Of a stretch of DNA of 64,000 bases, positions 55,425 through 64,000 are shown in pieces. This stretch comes from Callorhinchus milii (taxonomy: Eukaryota), in assembly GCF_018977255.1 (NCBI RefSeq), contig NW_024704743.1, positions 68,946,001-69,010,000 on the forward strand, read 5' to 3'. The translations under genes were made by a program, and so were the position numbers. The notes beneath the pieces are model-generated. The model did no database searches, had not been told where the DNA came from, and worked only from the letters and a program-made list of their open reading frames with translations. Within the stretch, counting starts at the first letter, position 1; the number at the start of each line of letters is the position of its first letter.

Positions 55425-57699
55425 CTGAAAGACAACAAAGCACGTTAAGTAAATGCCTGAGTGAGTTAGTAATCATTGTCAGGAAGGAGTTAGTAGTACA
55501 GAACAGTGATCTTGTTAATATTGTCAAAAGTATTTTCATTTCACTGAACAATCTGACATTTAAACTATAATCACAACAGAATTATACTTGGCACCAAGTT
55601 AAATCAAAAGCAGTGCAATAAAATGACTCCCTATTTGCTATTTATTATTTGTTTGCAAGCACACAATTCAATGGTACAAACATCATTGAAATGCATCATT
55701 GAGGCATTTGCACCTGATGTAAGTGATGCCCAACATATGGGGAGGGCTTCATAGAGCTGGTTGAGGCTCGAAGTCTGAGCTACACGTGGGTGGGGGAACG
55801 AGGGGTGGGAGGTAGTTGGGCTGAGGAAGGAGGGAGAGAAAGGTGACCAAGGCGATTGACATGCAAAAGTCTTTTAAGTTGTTTAGTTTTGAAAGACTTA
55901 TTCATGAAGGAGATCCCACTTTAAACACCATTATGCAATGACTTTATAACACCCCCTGTATTCCAATATGCACACTGGTGCCCTGTTTACTTACAATCAT
56001 CATTGCCTCAAACCTAATGATTACATCGTTCAGATGAGACATGCAGAGACACAAAGACAAAGAAATCTCACATTTCTCATTCCTTTCTCGAGAGGCTCAT
56101 GTCCAAGATGCCTACTCTGGTTATCTACATGGCTTACTTCAGACGATGGGCCTTATGTTACTTGTTTGACACATGCTACACCAAGACACCTTATGGGTGT
56201 TATTCCAAGTGAAATTGTTCTCCAACTCAAGCTGAAAGATGGAATTTCCAGTACAGCAGCATATCGTCAGTGGAAATAAATATACTTTTAAAAATAAGCA
56301 CAGGTCTTAAACTTGGAATGTGTGTTTCCCTGACTACCAGCACAGGAAAACAACGCAGTAACCAGCATTCATTTTTACAGTCACGTTTTTCTTAGCAGTA
56401 AAGAACAGAGAAAACAAAAACACTGTGGGGGCATTAAAAATGATTCTCGGAAAAGTGGAAAGTATTAGTCTCGGGAGACTCATAAAGTGAAATGGGCACT
56501 AGGTTCAAAGAACCCTGGTTCAAGATGTGACTGAGGTCAGGACACAAAACAGCTGAGAAGGCGGTGGATAAGCAATTTTGAAGATTTTTTAAAAAAATAA
56601 TGGAGTTGGTGAGAAAATAAAAGCATCTTGTTGCCTTGCAGCCTTTGCATTAGGCCTACCCTGAACACCAGGTTTTGGTGACCCACTGATCTCAATGTAC
56701 AGCTTTGATCTGAAGTGTGTCAGTTGTCTATATTGTAAGAAATGGTAACATACTGATGGTGGAGTGGCACAATGTATCCAAACCCAGAGCTTCTGCACCA
56801 CTGATTGGCAGAACACAAGCTCATGCCCACAACTCATCAATCTCAGAAGGAGATTGAATCGGAGATCAGTTCTTGTTGCTTCAACTGATGTAATTCCGGG
56901 TTCATATTTGTGAATCCTTTGAGAATCCAGGTTGCGGTTCCCATCGTTGAGACCCGCCCCCTCCCCCAAGCACCAGGCAATGATTCACCCACTGATTCTT
57001 CCTCAGAGTCTGGCTATACTCTATTCAGCACCTGTAGCCACAGCCCATCTATGTCTGGGGTCTGGTTAGGTGGAGCGTCAATGTTGCAAACTACACCATT
57101 GGGCAGTTTAAGATCTTACCACAAAATCACTGCCATTTGTCAATGTAGGAAACCACTATTATTTATAATCAGTAAAAAGTGCATGGATAGCAAAGCCACT
57201 TAAATGTACAGAGCTCCCTTTCCTTTTAAAAGTGACAGCACACCCAAAACCAAGATGAATGGCTGTCAGTCCACTTGAGAGGTTTGTGTTGAAATGTGCT
57301 TTAAAAGCTTAGATCCAGGTTTCCACTGAGTCTTAGTCTGGAAGACTATTTTGTCTTAAAATTTGTAATCATGCAAAATAGTGAAACATGTTTAAATCTA
57401 GCATTAATTTAGAAGCTGGGTCTTTTTAAGAACTGTGTCAAATTGGCTTCTAAATTAAGGATGACTTGAAAATGTTTCCACAGCATTCCTACAGCCAAGA
57501 CTAGGTGGAATGTTGGGCCTACTGTTTTGTTTCATTTGTGAAACCCGAGAATCCCATTAAATATTCCATCAGAAAAACAGGTAAAGTTATGGTACGAAAC
57601 CAAAATGAGGTGTGACCTTTGCCACCACTCAGATTAGATAATGGGTAGGCTGTGTGTGCTGGAAGGGTGAGATCAAATGAGAGTCCAATGACACTGAAT

Positions 57700-57992
57700 A
57701 CTTAAGTGAAGTGCTGAGGGAGTGTTACATTGTTGGAGGTGCTGCCGTTAAACTGAGGTTTTGTCTGCTTGTTCACGTGAATCTTTAAGATCTCATGGCA
57801 CTACCAGAAAAGAGAAGACCAACAATCTTTCAGAATGACTTCCAGTCATTCACATCATGGCCGTTTGTGGCACATTGCTTGTGGGCAATTTAACTTTTAT
57901 ATCCGCTTACAAATATGCAGTACATTTTGTGAAGTGCTTTGAGACATTTTTGCAATGTGGAAAATATCAAATGCAGGAATTATTATTATTAT
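57700..57992 (+). mobile_element. Old Deu-domain SINE
   Basis: gtgctgagggagtgttacattgttggaggtgc..cgttaaactgagg..aagatctcatggcacta resembles the Deu domain; L2-type tail. Confidence 0.7.
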
Positions 57993-59990
57993 TAAATGGT
58001 CCAAATTGTCTTTTNCAAACAGCGTCCCCCAACCACCCCCACCTCATCAGTCTCCCCTGCTCCACTATTCACAAAATTCAAATAATTCAAAACTCTGCCG
58101 CTCCGCTTTACTCTTAGTAAGATCAGAGTTACATTCGGACACCAAAGTGCATTCAGCTAACACAAGCTTATCAAATCTCAATCTATCTGAAGCCTGGTTG
58201 GGATGTTCATGATTAAGAAAATCCACTTAACCAGTGGTTTCCACCAAACAGCTGTGAGTGACCTCTACTGGCTGACCTCGGGCAGATACCAGTTCACGAG
58301 ACAACCAGGTCTTGTGCATACTGTTTATTATTTTACCACCTGTAATATAGTTTCAAATTGAAAAAAAACTCTTTAAGTGTGTGGAGAGGAAAAGTGTGTT
58401 CTTAAACTTGAGATACTGAATCACAACAGCATTGCCTTATGTCAGGCCTATTCACTTCTCGCTCAGGAAATCTACACTCATATTGAGGCAGGTGTGGATC
58501 AAGAACTTTTCTAGCACCTTATCATTTCAAGATCTCTCAAAGAGAAAGTAATTACTGTAGAGTGGAGTAGCTGTCTCTGCAAATAAATGCAGCTACTACT
58601 TTTGCAATAGCAAGGCCCCCAAAACAACCTTAACAACAACTATAATAACATTTAATAGAACACCTTTCACATTGGGAGGATGTCTCAAAGCACTTTACAG
58701 GATTTATTATAGTCTAGTGACTCTGTATTTTGTAGGCAAACACAGCAGTCAATTTGCACGCAGCCATGAAATGAGTAACACGTTTTATTTGGTGGATTGT
58801 TCGCCAGGACACTGGGAGAAACTCTCCACTTTTTAAATAGTGCCTTGGAAGTTTAAATGATTCAATTTGTTTACGTTGACAGAAGTTCACATTTGGTGGG
58901 TGATAAGACCCATTTTTATAATTTCATACCCTGTTGAAATATATCCACCTCAATAAAATGTGAAGCACATAAGTATTGTAGCAGGTCATTTAACACTGCA
59001 AGACATGATAGAAAACATAATTCAGGGCTACAGTAGATTATGTTGATGTTACACACTATCCATCACTGGTGTGATATGAATCAGTGTCGAGCCTGAGATT
59101 TCATGCAAGCCTGATACCACATTCCCACGTCCAGCAAGTATTACAAGCTTGTTAAAATTGAAAATTGAAAAATATCAATGGGGTTATAGCTGACACATCC
59201 TTCACTCCCCCTCATCCAAACAGGCAGCCAGCCAGGGCTTAGGAGAAGCTAGGATCAAGTTCTTGTCTGGAAATCCAATCAATGGTTCAGGTACATGATT
59301 TGACACTGGATAAAAAATATTTGAAATCAAACAAGAATACTAAGTAATGCAGAAAACAGATTTTTAGTCTTTCATGAGCTCTGATGCATTAAATTAAATA
59401 TATACTTTATGCATCACTGCCAATGAGAATTCTGTTTCAATGACCAATGTTTGTTATGCAGCCAACATATTCTGAGACAGAGACAATAATTAGGTCACAC
59501 TGTAGGCTAAAACCACAGTCACTGGCAGGATCACTGCATTGTTATTACAAACAGTACAGTTCTAATAGAATGGCAATTGAAAAGTTATCCTTTTATATAT
59601 CTGCGCATCGTATATCTCTTCTTGAGTTCTGAAACTAGCTGGTGCTTACGGCACGGGCACAAGAACCTCCGCAAACATGAACTGCCAGTGACTGATCAGA
59701 ATATCACAGTTTGGCCGGTGGTGAAAGCACCAGCACAGACTTTATCAGCCGAACAGTTGTTTTAAGTGCTGTAACATTCTATGATGCTAGTACATGTTGG
59801 ACTTGTGACAATTCATAATGTGATACTTGAAATAATTAACCCAAGCAATGCATTATGAAACATTGCAAATTTAGGCCCATGTTCACAGACCTGACCTGCG
59901 AAAATGTAGGCCAATGTTCACAATTGTAGTGAAACGATATATTTAAGGCATCTGGGACAAATAAATTTATTATAAAAATGATTTCTTTAC

Positions 59991-60074
59991 CTCAACAAAA
60001 TAACTAAGTCTGCATCACAGGACAACTTTTCCAGACCAAGAGTTCCTTCTGTACGAATATAATGGATCTTCTCC
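59991..60074 (-). CDS. HECW1: HECW1 coding exon (84 nt): (R)EKIHYIRTEGTLGLEKLSCDADLVILL(S)
   Basis: Acceptor ctag| at 60075-76, donor |gtaaag at 59990; phase 2 to phase 2; pre-HECT region. Confidence 0.92.
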
Positions 60075-61005
60075 CTAGATTAAACAACACAGAAATGTAT
60101 AACTCATCTGAATGACTGTCTGAAAAAAATGATCAAGGAAAATAACTTAATCTAATGGGTCTCTTTCATATCCATTCCCTTCTTTTCTACTTACCTGTGG
60201 TCTCAGACTGGGAAAAAAATGAGTATTACTCAAACAGCAGTATTTTGCTAAGATGTTTTTGCTGCAATTTTCCCAATGATAGGCAACAGCCCAAACTCTG
60301 TTATATTTCTTTGTGGCTCAAGTATATGTAGGTAAATTCATAGAACATGATCAATTATGCTGTCTGATCTTACAGGCTAAAACTAGGTGGCATTTGGAGC
60401 CTCTGGAGGGGAAACTGGCTGAATTTCCTTCCCAACCTGCGTTGTTGATGCCAATTTTAGCATAGAATCATAGAGTTGTTCAACACAGAAGAATTGACTC
60501 CTAGTGCTGCCAGCTAACTGCAAGCTAACTCAGCACAAACTCAGCGTGAGACCTGGGATCTAGCTAGTTTGTGTGGCTCAGCAACTGGATAAACTCTCTG
60601 AGCCGTCACGGAAGCTATGTGTATATTTTTAAAGTGAAATTGACAGCAATTTAAACAATATGGGCAATTTCCCCTGTCGATGTTATTTACATTAGCGGTC
60701 TAATCCTTGGCTGTGGCGAGCCCTCGTGCTGCTTTACATCAGGATGCATCCGTACTAAAGGACGCCTGGTTTTCTATCTCGTCCTTTGATAAAAGAGAAG
60801 CATTAAATCAGGGTGGGAGCAATTCTAAGGTCACTCAAGAATGGAGGCAGGGGATGGTCATGCTCCACAGGACAGTGATATTAATCCTTGTACTTATTGT
60901 ATTCTACATGGAATATAAATTAAAGCTGCTCCCCTTTTGTAGTTGTGGGAGTTTCAAAGTTAACCCCAAGATGGAACTAGGAGATACCACACAAGATGTA
61001 CACTA

Positions 61006-61490
61006 CTCTTCACCCTCTACATGCTCCCCCTTGGTGACGTCATCCGCAGACATGGGGTAAATTTCCACGTGTATGCGGATGATACCCAACTCTACCTCTC
61101 TGCCTCCACCCTGAACTCCAGGACTACTGAGGTCCTGACCAACTGCCTGTCCGACATCAAGTCCTGGACGAGGGCCAACTTCCTTCAACTCAACGTCAGC
61201 AAGACTGAAGCCCTCCTGATTGGCTCTCGCCAGCGCCTCCACACCTCAGGCGCTGGCAGCATCAGCCTCCATGGCTGTACACTCAACCTCACTAAGCCAG
61301 TCAGGAACCTGGGTGTCTTGTTTAACCCTGAACTGTCCTTTTTCCCCCACGTCCGCGCCATGACCGGCACTGCCTACCACCACCTCCGCAACATTGCTGG
61401 ACTCCGCCATTGCCTCACCCCTCAGGCTGCAGAAACCCTCACCCACGCATTTGTCACCTCAAGGCCCAATTACGGGAACTCCCTCCTCCT
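61006..61490 (+). mobile_element. L2-clade LINE reverse transcriptase fragment
   Basis: ORF 61021..61572 reads [59 protein letters not shown], including the YADD catalytic motif. Confidence 0.93.
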
Positions 61491-63209
61491 TGTTGCCATA
61501 CTTTTAGCTCCAGGCCAAAAGTGGAGTCAAAAGCCTGGTATTCACAACTTGGATTTGCAAAAAGATTCATGACTATTGAGTCCTGCTGGCAACGGCTGTG
61601 TATTACGCTGCTCGGGGGAAACTCCATTCTGACTTGATCTCCTTCCAGTCACATCAAGCCAGATCTGTCGTGTGCCAATGCCATGCACATCTGGTTATTG
61701 TCAAGATTCAATAATAATACAAATCCTTTGTGAATCCAGGTTGCAACTACTGCATTTTTGATGCTATAACCTTCATTATGCTTTCACTTTTATCACTCTG
61801 TCTCTAGCATGCTCACTTGTTCGCCTACAAATGCACAATAAATTCTGTGAAACGCTTTAGGATATCCTCTTAACAAGAAAGGTGCATCCACTTTCCAGTA
61901 AGCTTTTACATAATTTTCTCTTATGTAGTTAGTCCAATTGTGATTCTTCTAAGTCTCTTACCCTAGCTGAGAGCAGTTAACTCTACATAAGCCAGTGATA
62001 AAATGTGGGACGGTTCAGGACTATGTGATTTAGTTCCGAAACTAGACTGTTCATTTACTTATTCAGCCTCAAGTTGCTGTGAAATTGAAGCATTTACACA
62101 AGTGTCACAAAACTTGTTTATATTGAGTGTTAGGAATCTGTGTGCGAGAAGAGATTGCAGATATTGGTTGTCTTTCTAATATGTATTAAATAATTATATT
62201 CTCCTTCAGTACAAGTTTGGTGTATTGATTATTAATTCCATCAATTGTTAAATCTAAACTGTTTGCCTGTTTCCTGTATGAAACTGCTCTGCCCTGATGA
62301 GACTGTTCTAATATTTAAATATACACAAATAACATTTTGTAGCTCGGAGAACATGGTAATAAGGGTCAATGTAGTCCATCAAAGGAATTCTGATAGGGGT
62401 TGTGGAAGGTCAAAGGCAAGGAGCTTTTCAATGGAGTGTGAGAAGGAAACAATCAGTCTATGTCAACTTTCCATCACTTAATGATCTTAGTTACAGCTGA
62501 GCTAGTTACATCTGAGTGGAAAGCACTGTACTCCAGCCCAAAAGGAGAGGGTGGTTTAACTATCCATGAAGGGACTAGAATAGTCAGTGTTACTACATTT
62601 TGCCATAAAGTTGGAAAGTACGATATTGTTTTGTTCGGCTCACCTGCGTCCTGCAAAATAAAGCTCTGTTTTAATCTACAATACATCTAACGATTATTGC
62701 ATTTTTACAAAGTCGACCCAATCGTATTCTGCTTTCCGATTTTGATGCTCTGCTCTTTTAATGGAAAAAGACAAACTTCTTATCTATAATTTCTTCAATC
62801 AAAATCCTCAATTACTAAAAGAACACCACAAAATAGTGCATCAAAGAAATTTAGAGAAATGGAAACAAGACATTTGGAAATTTCAAACCTCCAAAGGCAT
62901 TGCAAAAAAAATCATTTGGTAATCATTCTGGAATGATAAATCTGTCTGGGATCTTGTATGGACCTTCCTGATTCTGACATCTCTTATAAAATTAAAACAG
63001 CTCTTTTTTTCTTAAATTATTTATACATTTTTGATTTACATCCATTTCTCTCCCACCACAGACTTTACTGAAGATTGTAAAGAGACAAAAGATGAGATGC
63101 ATTAAAATGTAGTGCTTATGTGACACCAAGAATTGGTTTTAAAAAACTCTAGATCTTGGAGGAAGGACGAATGTGTGATGTAACAACTTCCAAAGTCTTC
63201 ACAAGATCA

Positions 63210-63495
63210 CATCACAAGAGAGGTTTGGATGAAGAAGATCCTTTGGTCATCTGATCCAATTCCACCCTCCCATCACAGCATCAAGCTGCTTCTTAAATGA
63301 GTCCAGAATCCTGGCCTCAAGGACCCTAGTTGGTAGCCCATTCCAGTTGTTAATTACCTTCTAGATAAAAGCTGCTTTCTGATGGCTGTCTTGAAACTGT
63401 CCTTGACTACTGCCTGGCATATCTGGAAGTATTATTCTGAGTTTATTTTCTCAAACCAATTTAAAATCTTATATACCTCTACAAGATCTCTTTTG
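63210..63495 (-). mobile_element. Old CR1 LINE 3' fragment
   Basis: RDLVEVYKILNWFEKI; 3' end matches the copy at 12718. Confidence 0.65.
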
Positions 63496-63571
63496 ATATA
63501 ATAATAATAATCCTTGCACTTGATATGCCTTATCATGTTTTCAATATGTCTCTTTTCAAGGTTGAAGAGCC

Positions 63572-64000
63572 CAACAACAACAAATTGCATTAACACAGCG
63601 TCTTTCACGTCAGGAGGACATCCCAAAGCACTGGACATTAAAGGTTTTGCACCCGAGCTGGAGGTTGTATTCAGGTGGTGGCCAAGGGGGAGGTGGGGAG
63701 GGGGGCTGTGGTCGTGTGATGTTACAGATGACTGAAGGCGCAGTCAAACAGGTAGATATTCAGATCGAACTTGAAGGAGATGAGGGAAGGGGCAAGGCAA
63801 AGGGATGGAGTTCCAGAGAATGGCTACAGAAAGGCTGAAAGCTCAACCACTGGTGGTGGGGTGGGCAGAGGTCATGAAGTAGGCAAATGTCTGCCGAACG
63901 GAGGAGTAGGCAGGTTACTAGGATTTAAGAAGATCGAAAAGCTAGGGTTGGGCAAAACCATGGTGGGATTTAAAAATGAGGATGAGGAGCCAGTGGAGCT
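63572..64000 (-). mobile_element. L2-clade LINE 3' end, running off the window
   Basis: (CAA)n plus tail ctttcacgtcaggaggacatcccaaagc and a degenerate L2 ORF2 end. Confidence 0.75.

Noticed and set aside
58015..58015. Single N base
   Set aside because: An assembly ambiguity between repeat fragments; spacing across it may be unreliable.
61021..61572. Stand-alone reverse transcriptase gene
   Set aside because: It is a truncated L2 fragment lacking the endonuclease and the N-terminal RT motifs.

Overview
This is vertebrate genomic DNA, most likely from a cartilaginous fish (possibly a chimaera); that assignment is inferred from the repeat complement only. The minus strand carries the last 12 coding exons of HECW1 (NEDL1, a HECT E3 ubiquitin ligase), from 60074 down to the TGA at 13996-13998. 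All introns are GT-AG and phase-consistent, and the exons splice to 1384 nt (about 460 aa) including the complete HECT domain with its catalytic Cys. About 11.9 kb downstream on the same strand is the first coding exon of a DRAK/STK17 kinase (STK17A by synteny; 2096-1993), flanked by a minisatellite and a long TG-rich microsatellite. The rest is intron or intergenic DNA packed with a young tRNA-derived SINE, older Deu-domain SINEs, L2 and CR1 LINE fragments, hAT-type MITEs and an unclassified A-tailed repeat. Nearly all ORFs in the supplied track are spurious or transposon-derived. I see no prokaryote-type system such as CRISPR or an operon. The best leads are a candidate 96-nt in-frame cassette exon at the start of the HECT region, a candidate 13-nt poison microexon, and a SINE 3' stem-loop change that matches the resident L2 tail and is ordered in time by a nested insertion.
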